From an uncultured Gammaproteobacteria bacterium (GTDB taxonomy: Bacteria; Patescibacteriota; Microgenomatia; Levybacterales; UBA12049), in NCBI GenBank assembly GCA_964490105.1, contig CAZAZU010000001.1, positions 646,245-710,244 of the forward strand: a DNA stretch of 64,000 bases, written 5' to 3'. The notes under the pieces were generated by a model that saw only the letters and a program-made list of their open reading frames with translations, did no database searches and was not told where the DNA came from. This document shows, in pieces, positions 44,063 to 52,657 of this stretch (the first letter of the stretch is position 1; the number at the start of each line of letters is the position of its first letter). Position numbers and translations under genes: made by a program.

Positions 44063-46417
44063 CTAAGTTGCTTTAGTAAATGCGAGATTTGAACTCTGAT
44101 CTAGCGTAACGCTGATCCTATCTCCTCTTACAATTTCTCCGGAAAGCATCTTTTTAGCCATAACATCTTCTACTTTATCCTGAATAAAGCGCCTAAGAGG
44201 TCTAGCTCCAAACTCCTCATTAAATCCGCCGCGTGCAATAAATTCGATTGCTTGAGGATCAAAATTTAAGGTTATATCTTGCTGAGCAAGCCTTCCTGAT
44301 AGCTCAGTTAAAAGTAATTTTGCAATTTGTGAAACCTGAGACTGATTAAGAGGGTTAAAGACTACAATATCGTCGAACCTATTTAATAATTCAGGAGTAA
44401 AAATTCCGCCTCTTTGCAAAAAGTCTAAGAGATTATTATTAGAAATATCTCTATTATTAGCCAAACTTTCGCGAATAAACTCAGAACCTGCATTACTTGT
44501 TGAGATAATAATAGTATTCGTGAATGAGATGGTCTTTCCAGAATTATCAGTAAGTCGTCCATCCTCAAAAACCTGAAGAAATAAATTTAGAATTTTCTCA
44601 TTAGCTTTTTCAAACTCATCAAGTAAAACTAATGAGAATGGATGAGTTTCTATTTGATTTAAGAAGCTTCCTGTTCCTCTCTCAAGCATTTTATTAATTG
44701 AATCAGGATTTCCATATTCACTCATATCAACTCTTACTATGTTCGCTTCTCCGCCGAAATAGATTCTCGCAAGTGTTCTCGCAGCTTCTGTTTTTCCGAC
44801 TCCGGTAGGACCGAGGAATAAGAATGAAATAGGTTTTTCTCGAGACAACCCTGACCTGATTCTCCTTATTGCTTCAGAAATTGATCGAATCGCCTCATCT
44901 TGACCTATCACGAATTTATGCATTTCATTTTCTAAATTTAAAAGAAGCATCTTTTCATCAAATTTTGGCTGCCCAACCGGAATATGACTTTTGGTTTCTA
45001 CTTTAGATAAAATATCTTCTTCAAGAACTAATTTCTCTTTTCTTTTATCTAACACCACAGAATTTGCTGTTTCTATTAGAAGTTCAACTGCTGTACCAGG
45101 GAGAACTGCATTTACATCAAATTTATCTGCATACTTAACTGCTGCAAGAATCGCTCTATAGCTAAGACGAGCTTTAGTATCATTTTCAATTTCTTCTGCT
45201 TTTTGAAATAGCATTTTTAAAGCTTCTTCTTCATTTGGTTCATCAAGTTTTATAATTTCAAAAACTTCACGAATTGCATTATTTTCAAAATATTTTTTAT
45301 ATTCGGGCTCTGTCATAGTCGCTATAATTGGCATTTTTCCGTCTCTAAGATATGGAAGTATTGCTCCTGAAAGATCAATCCCATAAGACGATGAGCCTAT
45401 TAAATTCTGAAACTCTGGCACATATAAAATTATATTTCCGGAATGCTTCACTTCTTCAATTATTGCCTGAAGCCTAGTTTCCAATTCTTCTCTATTGGCT
45501 GCTCCGGCAACAAGCGGTCCGATTGCTACTTCAAGAAACCTCCTGTGGTTTAATTTTTTGGGTAAATTAGCTTCATAACTGTCAAAAATAAAATTATCAA
45601 CTAGATTGCTTTTTCCTGTTCCAATATCTCCCACCAAAAGCACATTATTATTTTCTTTTCTTTGCATGGCCTCAAGCATTTCTTCATATTCTTTTTCCCG
45701 TCCCTCTATAAATCCTTTTTTTCTTATGCTTGAGAAAGTTAAATCCTTTGTATAATTTCTGGTTTCAGGGGTCCATCCCCAAACTAAAGTTTCGCCAATA
45801 CCAATTCCTACAAATCTTGCTTTTTTTGGTTTTAAATTTTCCTCATCAAATGTAACTTTAGTCCAGTGATTTATATTTAAAATATCGACTTCTTTTAATT
45901 TATTTGAAAAAAGTAATTTTGTTTGGTCCTCTGTTAAAAGAAGATAAGCTGTAAAAATATCCACAGAAGTAACGTAGTTATTGTTTTGAGACTTTGCAAT
46001 TTCAAGTGCTTTTGCGTATAAATCATGTTTTGGAAAATCTACAACCTTTATATTCTTAGGATCAATCGCCGCTTTTTCTAAATAAAACTTGATCTGAAAC
46101 CGTTTTTTTAAAAAATTAATAATTGATTCTGAATTCTTTTTAAGAAGAACCGCCATAAGAGCTTCTTTCGTAAAACAATCAAGGATATCATTTAAATTTC
46201 CGCTGACTTTTTTCACTGGCAAAATATTTTCTATTTCAAATCTAATAAAGATATGGACGATCGTAATTATCGATAATAAAAACAGAGGAACTGCGGGAAA
46301 ATTTCCTGCAAGAATTTCATATGCAATTAATATTAGAAGTCCATTTATTGCAAAAAATCTGATTAAAACTGATCCAATTGAATCGTAAATTAAAGAAATA
46401 CTTATTCGTCCGATCAT
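44063..46417 (-). CDS. Membrane-anchored Clp-family AAA+ ATPase (two nucleotide-binding domains, ClpB/ClpC-like)
   Basis: 784 aa. N-terminal ~65 aa with two hydrophobic helices. D1 Walker A VGDIGTGKSNLV. D2 FLGPTGVGKTEAARTLA and sensor region. Confidence 0.75.
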   Translation of the reverse strand: MIGRISISLIYDSIGSVLIRFFAINGLLILIAYEILAGNFPAVPLFLLSIITIVHIFIRFEIENILPVKKVSGNLNDILDCFTKEALMAVLLKKNSESIINFLKKRFQIKFYLEKAAIDPKNIKVVDFPKHDLYAKALEIAKSQNNNYVTSVDIFTAYLLLTEDQTKLLFSNKLKEVDILNINHWTKVTFDEENLKPKKARFVGIGIGETLVWGWTPETRNYTKDLTFSSIRKKGFIEGREKEYEEMLEAMQRKENNNVLLVGDIGTGKSNLVDNFIFDSYEANLPKKLNHRRFLEVAIGPLVAGAANREELETRLQAIIEEVKHSGNIILYVPEFQNLIGSSSYGIDLSGAILPYLRDGKMPIIATMTEPEYKKYFENNAIREVFEIIKLDEPNEEEALKMLFQKAEEIENDTKARLSYRAILAAVKYADKFDVNAVLPGTAVELLIETANSVVLDKRKEKLVLEEDILSKVETKSHIPVGQPKFDEKMLLLNLENEMHKFVIGQDEAIRSISEAIRRIRSGLSREKPISFLFLGPTGVGKTEAARTLARIYFGGEANIVRVDMSEYGNPDSINKMLERGTGSFLNQIETHPFSLVLLDEFEKANEKILNLFLQVFEDGRLTDNSGKTISFTNTIIISTSNAGSEFIRESLANNRDISNNNLLDFLQRGGIFTPELLNRFDDIVVFNPLNQSQVSQIAKLLLTELSGRLAQQDITLNFDPQAIEFIARGGFNEEFGARPLRRFIQDKVEDVMAKKMLSGEIVRGDRISVTLDQSSNLAFTKAT

Positions 46418-46752
46418 AATTTAATAAATAAAATTAAAAATGTTAATAAAGGCCACCAGATAAAGAAAGCAAGAAACGTAATTTCAAAAAAAATTATGGC
46501 TAAGAAAAGTAAAGTGTCCATAAAGATAAATACTGATTTAATAAAAATTCCCATTCCTATTGAAAATACTACTAATCCTTTTCTGTATTCATTCTTTAGA
46601 GGTTTGAAAAAAGTTCTGATCATTAGAGGAAGAGAGAGAATTTGAAGAACGGCATGGTTCACAGACATAAAGTATTTGATTAGCCTAATAGGCGCCTCAA
46701 GATACCAAAATTTGAGAAACAGAAAAGGAATGGATAAATAAAATCCGGGCAT
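46414..46752 (-). CDS. Small multi-TM membrane protein
   Basis: 112 aa, highly hydrophobic. Overlaps the upstream gene by 4 nt. Confidence 0.4.
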   Translation of the reverse strand: MPGFYLSIPFLFLKFWYLEAPIRLIKYFMSVNHAVLQILSLPLMIRTFFKPLKNEYRKGLVVFSIGMGIFIKSVFIFMDTLLFLAIIFFEITFLAFFIWWPLLTFLILFIKL

Positions 46753-46782
46753 TAGCTTAAGTATAGGAACTTGAGGCCAAAA

Positions 46783-47844
46783 TTACAAACTTCTTTTAAT
46801 CTCTTGGGCAAGCAGCGGATTCCACATGGCACCAGTCGCACTCATCACTGCGTCAGCCCCTTTAGATTTGTATTCAAAATATTCCTTTGCAAGAGTTACT
46901 CCGCCCACGCCAATTATTGCGAAATTTAAACCTAACTCTCCTCTTAATCCGTATAACCTTTCAGTCATTTCTAGCCCTGCCCATTTAATTGGATACCCGC
47001 ATGTTCCAGATTTTAATCTCATAGGCCCTCCCGGCAAAGCCTGCTCACCATTTTCTTTATAAACTTTTGCTGGAATTGTATTAATAGCTGAAATCCCCTG
47101 AACCATCTTTCCCACAGATTTGATTAATTTCCCTAGATGTTTCTGGTCCTCAAAATATGCAATTTTAATAATTAAAGGAGTATTTCCAATTTCATTTTTA
47201 ATAGCCTCAACTATTTCAACCGTCCTTGGAACATCAAAGCAAACCAAATGAGAAGATCCTTCGTTTGGACAAGAAAGATTTACCTCCATAACTTTTACTC
47301 CAGTTTTTTTTACCAACTTAGCAGCTAGAGCATAATCTTTAATAAATTTATTTACGTCTCCTTCAGTGGTACCCTGAAAACTCCCAATCACAATTTGTCC
47401 ATTCTTTGCATGCTTTACAGATTTGGCAAGGTCCCTTTGCCAAACTTCTGGATCCATAGATGGAACACCAAATGAATTAGTAACAGCTAAAGGATTTCCG
47501 TAATTTTGATTTCCAATGACTCCCTTTTCTGCCATTTCTAAAGTAAGATCTCCTTTAACTTTTACAGCTAAGACATTTGGCCATTCATTTGATAAACGGA
47601 ATTTAGTTCTAACAGTTTTATATTCCACCAGATCAAAACCTTTATCTAGAGCTGCATTTACATATTTAGAATTTAATAATGGACCGGCTGGAATTCCAAA
47701 AGGAGTAAAAACTGGAAGACCAAATAAATAATGATCTGGCTTACCTTTCTCTTTATAAACTTTTTTATTTGCGAATTCTCCAAAGGGGCCTTTTTTATAA
47801 TTTTCTTCGTAAGTTTTTAGAGGGTCAAAAAATGGCTTTAACAT
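46783..47844 (-). CDS. pyrD: Dihydroorotate dehydrogenase family (class 1-like TIM-barrel flavoenzyme)
   Basis: 353 aa. NLSCPN active-site loop, FMN-binding IGVGGV. Confidence 0.65.
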   Translation of the reverse strand: MLKPFFDPLKTYEENYKKGPFGEFANKKVYKEKGKPDHYLFGLPVFTPFGIPAGPLLNSKYVNAALDKGFDLVEYKTVRTKFRLSNEWPNVLAVKVKGDLTLEMAEKGVIGNQNYGNPLAVTNSFGVPSMDPEVWQRDLAKSVKHAKNGQIVIGSFQGTTEGDVNKFIKDYALAAKLVKKTGVKVMEVNLSCPNEGSSHLVCFDVPRTVEIVEAIKNEIGNTPLIIKIAYFEDQKHLGKLIKSVGKMVQGISAINTIPAKVYKENGEQALPGGPMRLKSGTCGYPIKWAGLEMTERLYGLRGELGLNFAIIGVGGVTLAKEYFEYKSKGADAVMSATGAMWNPLLAQEIKRSL

Positions 47845-47852
47845 CCCGAAAA

Positions 47853-48887
47853 TTATAGCACTTTTCCAAATCCCGGTTCTACGTGAAATTGTCCATTTTC
47901 AAAAACTAATTTTTTTCTTATTAAGACTTTTTTTACTTTTCCTTTTAATTTCCAGTTTTCATATGGGGACCATTTGCATTTTGCTTGTAGCTCCAGACCT
48001 CTAACAGTCCATTCTTCATTTTCATCAACTTCTATTTCTGCATCCTGTTTTATTCCAAATATTTCAGAAGGCCCGTCATGACAAAGACGTTTTATTTCTT
48101 CAATAGAAATCAAACCATGGGATTCTGCTGTAAAAAGCAAACCTAAAGTTGTCTCTAAATTAGGGACTCCAAATGGCGGCTTATCAGATTCCTTTTCTTC
48201 TTTTATATGAGGAGCATGATCTGATTCGATTAAATCAATATACTTTAAATTTTTAAATGCAAAATCTGAAAAACCATCATAAACTGGAGGCTTCATCATG
48301 CCATATGATTTTAAACGCTTAACATCTTTTTCAGTTAAAAATAAATGATGCGGAGTAACCCCGCAGGAAATACGTAAACCTTTTTTCTTTGCAAGAATAA
48401 TTTTTTCTAATTCTTCTCTACTTGAAACGTGACAAATATGAGTTTTCTTTTTTGTCTCTTCGCAAACTTTTATTACCAAATCTATAACATCTTCTTCTGC
48501 ATGAACCAAAATCGGTTTATCAACATTCCATGCATTATATACTTCAAACAAACTTTTACTATTAATAATAAATCCGCCTGTTGTTTGATTAAGGTAAAGC
48601 TTTAGACCAAAAACTTTATCATAAATTTTTTCAAATTCCGATAAATTATCTCCAAGGGATCCAAAATAAAATCCAATATCTGAAACGATTTCTTTTTTTG
48701 CAATTTCTATTTTTTCATCCAAACGATCAATTGTTGTAATTGGATTTAAATTATTCGGCATATCTATAACAGCCATAAACCCACCAGCAACTGCAGCCTT
48801 GGTACCTGTTAAAAAATCTTCTTTATGGGTTTGCCCAGGGGTACGGAAGTGGACATGCGGATCAATAAGCCCTGGAAGTTTTATCAT
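47853..48887 (-). CDS. pyrC: Dihydroorotase-like cyclic amidohydrolase
   Basis: 344 aa. LIDPHVHFRTPG metal site, SDHAPH motif. Confidence 0.7.
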   Translation of the reverse strand: MIKLPGLIDPHVHFRTPGQTHKEDFLTGTKAAVAGGFMAVIDMPNNLNPITTIDRLDEKIEIAKKEIVSDIGFYFGSLGDNLSEFEKIYDKVFGLKLYLNQTTGGFIINSKSLFEVYNAWNVDKPILVHAEEDVIDLVIKVCEETKKKTHICHVSSREELEKIILAKKKGLRISCGVTPHHLFLTEKDVKRLKSYGMMKPPVYDGFSDFAFKNLKYIDLIESDHAPHIKEEKESDKPPFGVPNLETTLGLLFTAESHGLISIEEIKRLCHDGPSEIFGIKQDAEIEVDENEEWTVRGLELQAKCKWSPYENWKLKGKVKKVLIRKKLVFENGQFHVEPGFGKVL

Positions 48888-49423
48888 TTATCAAGCTCTT
48901 CGTTTATATAATCTATCGCTTCTTGTGGAGTTTTTCTAAAAACTATATAGTCCCGCATATCAAAAGCGTTAAATTTATCATCCTCCATTTTTTTAAATTG
49001 CGTTCTTAATCCTTCATAAAAATTATCAGTGTCCAAAACTACAATTGGTTTTTCATGATGCTTTTGTCTTTTAAGCTCTGCTATATGAAGAAGCTCATCC
49101 AGAGTTCCAAGTCCGCCTACTAATGCGACTATAGCAACTGCTTTATCAAGCATTATCAATTTCCTATCTCCTAAGTCTTTTGCAAGAATCATTTCGCTTA
49201 CGTCTTTTCTAGCAAGCTTATGAAAAACCTGCATCGAAACACCAATTACTTCCCCACCATTTTTTCTAACCTCGTCCGCTACTACTTTCATGAGCCCTGT
49301 ATCAGTCCCTCCAAAAACCAAATGATATCCATGCTCAACTAGAAGCCTTGAAAACTCCTTCGCAGGCTCTATATATTTAGAATCCAGATCGCGGGATGAG
49401 CAAAAAACAGCAATATATTTCAT
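48884..49423 (-). CDS. LOG family protein (TIGR00730 Rossmann-fold nucleotide-binding, cytokinin riboside 5'-monophosphate phosphoribohydrolase-like)
   Basis: 179 aa. VFGGTDTGLM and GGLGTLDEL. Confidence 0.8.
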   Translation of the reverse strand: MKYIAVFCSSRDLDSKYIEPAKEFSRLLVEHGYHLVFGGTDTGLMKVVADEVRKNGGEVIGVSMQVFHKLARKDVSEMILAKDLGDRKLIMLDKAVAIVALVGGLGTLDELLHIAELKRQKHHEKPIVVLDTDNFYEGLRTQFKKMEDDKFNAFDMRDYIVFRKTPQEAIDYINEELDK

Positions 49424-49440
49424 TGGGAAATTATAACAGA

Positions 49441-50322
49441 TTAGAACCAGCCGGATTTTTTCTTACTATTATCAAACTCTCGAAGAATTTCTTTCTGGTG
49501 CGAAGATAAGCTCTTCGGAACAACGACTTTTATTTGAACGTAATGATCGCCTTTTCCCCGTCCCGACACGCTTGGTATTCCTTTTTGCGAAAGTCTAATT
49601 ACCGTATTTGGCTGTGTTCCTGATGGAATCTTTAGCTTCACAACTCCCTCAACTGTTTTTACTTCGATTTCTGTTCCAAGTGCTGCCTGGGGAAATGTAA
49701 TCTCTTCTTCAGTTACCACATCATTTCCCTCTCTTTTAAATCTCTTATCAGGTTTTACCTCTACTAAAATATCGTAGCTACCAAATCTCACTCGCTGTCC
49801 ATTATCAATTCCTGCAGGAATTTTTACTGTTTGGGTTTTTCCCTCAACCGTTATTCTTTTCGTAACTCCCTTAACAGCATCCATAAAGTCAATTGCTAAA
49901 GAATAAACCGGACGTCTTTCTCGTCTTCCGAAAGGATTTCCTCCACCAAAAAACTGCTCAAAAATTTCAAATGGATCTGCTCCACCACCGAAATCAAAAC
50001 CGCCGGCATTCCCTCCAGTAGTATATGTGTATGAAAATGGACCGCCACCTGAGAATGGATTTCCGCCTCCTCCAAATGGCCCACCCTGACCAGCTCCCTG
50101 CTCAAATGCAGCATGACCAAATTGATCGTATGATTGTCTCTTCGCTGGATCTGATAAGACTTCATAAGCCTTAGTTACTTCCTTAAATTTTTCCTCAGAA
50201 GTCTTATCTCCTTTGTTTCTATCCGGGTGGTGCTCTAATGCTAGTTTTCTATATGCCTTTTTTATGTCTGCATCCGTAGCATTTTTTGTAATTCCCAGAA
50301 CCTGATAGTAGTCTTTTGCCAT
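49441..50322 (-). CDS. dnaJ: DnaJ-like J-domain co-chaperone lacking the Cys-rich zinc-finger domain
   Basis: 293 aa. J domain DYYQVLGI...HPDRN. G/F-rich region. C-terminal substrate-binding domains. No CxxCxGxG repeats. Confidence 0.85.
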   Translation of the reverse strand: MAKDYYQVLGITKNATDADIKKAYRKLALEHHPDRNKGDKTSEEKFKEVTKAYEVLSDPAKRQSYDQFGHAAFEQGAGQGGPFGGGGNPFSGGGPFSYTYTTGGNAGGFDFGGGADPFEIFEQFFGGGNPFGRRERRPVYSLAIDFMDAVKGVTKRITVEGKTQTVKIPAGIDNGQRVRFGSYDILVEVKPDKRFKREGNDVVTEEEITFPQAALGTEIEVKTVEGVVKLKIPSGTQPNTVIRLSQKGIPSVSGRGKGDHYVQIKVVVPKSLSSHQKEILREFDNSKKKSGWF

Positions 50323-50363
50323 CCCTTTATTCTACCATTTTTCGAGCCTAAATTAAAGCTAAA

Positions 50364-50380
50364 CGAAGCATTTTATTGCT
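50364..50380. promoter_or_regulatory. Perfect palindrome TTGCTA-AATTC-TAGCAA upstream of dnaJ (candidate operator)
   Basis: 6-bp perfect arms, about 45 nt upstream of the dnaJ start. Confidence 0.3.
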
Positions 50381-50451
50381 AAATTCTAGCAATACTTTTA
50401 TATATTTCCCATAATTTAGGATTAAGCTATTCATATGAAAGGAGGTGTAGC

Positions 50452-50730
50452 ATGTTAAGCATTATACTTTGGGTACTATTTGGAGCTATAGTTGGATTTA
50501 TCGCTGACTATATCGACAGATCCGTTGAGTTAGGCTGGATGGAAAGAGTTGTTGTAGGAATCGTGGGAGCAGTAGTTGGAGGTTCAATTGCACAATTACT
50601 AACAACCGGCACTCTTGGGCTAACCGCAGCTGCAAGCTTTGATCTTGTATCAATGATCGTTGCAATTCTCGGTGCGCTCGGATCATTATTTGTTTGGAAA
50701 AGAGTTAGAGGAACAAGAAGCCTCGCCTAA
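50452..50730 (+). CDS. GlsB/YeaQ/YmgE family transglycosylase-associated small membrane protein
   Basis: 92 aa. MLSIILWVLFGAIVGFIADYI and Gly-rich TM helices. Confidence 0.7.
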   Translation: MLSIILWVLFGAIVGFIADYIDRSVELGWMERVVVGIVGAVVGGSIAQLLTTGTLGLTAAASFDLVSMIVAILGALGSLFVWKRVRGTRSLA

Positions 50731-50788
50731 AACTAAAACCCACCTGGTCTTACTATTAATAAGGAGATTCGGGTGGGTTTTATCTGGG

Positions 50789-52561
50789 TTATTTTACGGT
50801 TACGCTTTTTGCAAGATTTCGAGGCTTATCAGGATCGTAATTTTTAAATAAGGCCAGGTAATAAGATATCAGCTGAGCTGGTAAAATTTGCGCAATATAA
50901 CTTCCGTCTTCAATATCCTTTACCTCTATAAAATAATCAAAAACATCATTATTTTTATGGCTTATTCCAATCATAACTCCGCCTCTAGCTTTAATTTCCA
51001 TAGCATTTGAAATAATAGCGCCATATGTTTCATCATTTGGAGCAAATACAACGACTGGTGTACCTTTAGAAATTAAGGCTATCGGTCCATGCTTTAATTC
51101 TCCGCCAGCGAGACCCTCTGCATGTAGATAACTTACTTCTCTGATTTTAAGCGCCATTTCAAGCGCTGAAGGATATGAAGTACCTCTGCCAATTATGAAA
51201 ATATGCTCTTTAGAATTAAGAAATGATGCTACTTTTTTAATATTTTCCAGGCTTTCCTCGCCAAGTATTCTTCTAATCTCCCTTGCTCCCTTTTCGACCA
51301 ATTCTTTTCCTTTCGCGACTTCGCCTTTCATCGCATATGAAAGCATAAGAAGAATTGATAATTTCGCAAGATAAACTTTAGTTGAAGCTACCGCTTTCTC
51401 TGATCCTGCTCCCAAAAGCATTTTTTCATCGCTCATTCTATAAATGGTTGAGCCTTTTACATTAGTTATCGCAATTATTTTACTGCCTTTCTTCTTAGCT
51501 CTTTGAAGAGGTTCAACTACGTCTATTGTTTCACCGGATTGAGAAAGCGCAATTACCAAACTTCTGTCAGTTAAAAAATCCTCTAGATAATTAAATTCTG
51601 AGGCTGGAGCTGTATTAACGTGAACTTTTGCAATTCTTGAAAATAAATATGTTCCGCCGAGACATGCAAAAAAAGCAGTTCCTGCTCCGATGAAATAAGT
51701 GCCGTATGCTTTTTTAATATTTGCTCCCAATTTTTCGATTTGCTCAGAATAATTTTTAGCGATATTCTCTAGGACTTCCGGCTGTTCGTTTATTTCCTTA
51801 ATCATATAGTGAGGAAATTTTCCCATTCCCTCTTCCTTAAGTGCTTTTTCTAAAGTTTCTAAGTTTGGCTCTACGCTTAATCCGTCAGGAAGGGAAAATA
51901 ACTGAAGACTCTTTCCGACAACTACCATTTCATGGTCTTTAATAAAGAGTGCTTTGTCGGTATGAACTGCTACGCCATTTGGATCTGAAGAAATATAAAA
52001 GGCGTCCTGCCCTACTCCTACTACTAAAGGAGAGCCGGTTTTTGCAGCTGCAATTTCATTTGTTTTGGTATTTATCGCAACAATTGCATTTAGTCCTTTT
52101 ATAGAATTAAAAGCTATCCTAAAAGCATCTGTAAAATTTAGATCTTCAGTATTTATAAATTCTTCTATGAGATGAGGAAATATTTCTGTGTCTGTTTCTG
52201 AATGAAATTTGTGGCCTTTTTTCAAAAGATCATCTTTTATCTCTTTATAATTTTCAATAATTCCGTTATGCACAACTGCAATATTTTCGCTGCAGTCTAA
52301 ATGCGGATGTGAATTTTCCTGTGTTACTCCTCCGTGAGTCGCCCAGCGAGTATGACCTATTCCAATTTCACTTTCTGGTAGATTTACTTTAGCGTCTCCT
52401 ATTTTTCCTACATGCTTTTCTACTCTAATTTTATCTCCTGCTTTTACTGCAATTCCCCATGAATCATAGCCTCGATATTCCAAAAGCTTAAGTCCATCTA
52501 GGACCATATTAGGCGTGTCTGTGGATTTCCCTACGTAACCAAATATACCGCACATAAACAA
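50789..52561 (-). CDS. glmS: Glutamine--fructose-6-phosphate aminotransferase
   Basis: 590 aa. N-terminal MCGIFGYVG. Two SIS domains. Confidence 0.95.
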   Translation of the reverse strand: MFMCGIFGYVGKSTDTPNMVLDGLKLLEYRGYDSWGIAVKAGDKIRVEKHVGKIGDAKVNLPESEIGIGHTRWATHGGVTQENSHPHLDCSENIAVVHNGIIENYKEIKDDLLKKGHKFHSETDTEIFPHLIEEFINTEDLNFTDAFRIAFNSIKGLNAIVAINTKTNEIAAAKTGSPLVVGVGQDAFYISSDPNGVAVHTDKALFIKDHEMVVVGKSLQLFSLPDGLSVEPNLETLEKALKEEGMGKFPHYMIKEINEQPEVLENIAKNYSEQIEKLGANIKKAYGTYFIGAGTAFFACLGGTYLFSRIAKVHVNTAPASEFNYLEDFLTDRSLVIALSQSGETIDVVEPLQRAKKKGSKIIAITNVKGSTIYRMSDEKMLLGAGSEKAVASTKVYLAKLSILLMLSYAMKGEVAKGKELVEKGAREIRRILGEESLENIKKVASFLNSKEHIFIIGRGTSYPSALEMALKIREVSYLHAEGLAGGELKHGPIALISKGTPVVVFAPNDETYGAIISNAMEIKARGGVMIGISHKNNDVFDYFIEVKDIEDGSYIAQILPAQLISYYLALFKNYDPDKPRNLAKSVTVK

Positions 52562-52593
52562 AATGAATCATGAAGTGTGAATCATGAATCAAG

Positions 52594-52621
52594 CCTCAGT
52601 ATTATAGCAAAAAAGCGCTCC
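52594..52621 (-). terminator. Rho-independent terminator downstream of dnaK (GC hairpin AGCGC..GCGCT followed by U6 on minus strand)
   Basis: aaaaaagcgctccagcgcgct on + strand. On the minus strand this is a hairpin then TTTTTT, 37 nt after the dnaK stop. Confidence 0.55.
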
Positions 52622-52657
52622 AGCGCGCTCGTAATTCATAATTCTTGCTTCTTAATT

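Noticed and set aside
50732-50779. Long-loop hairpin AAACCCACC...GGTGGGTTT between the glsB-like gene and glmS as a bidirectional terminator
   Set aside because: 9-bp stem with a 27-nt loop and no clear U-tract on either strand. Too weak to call.
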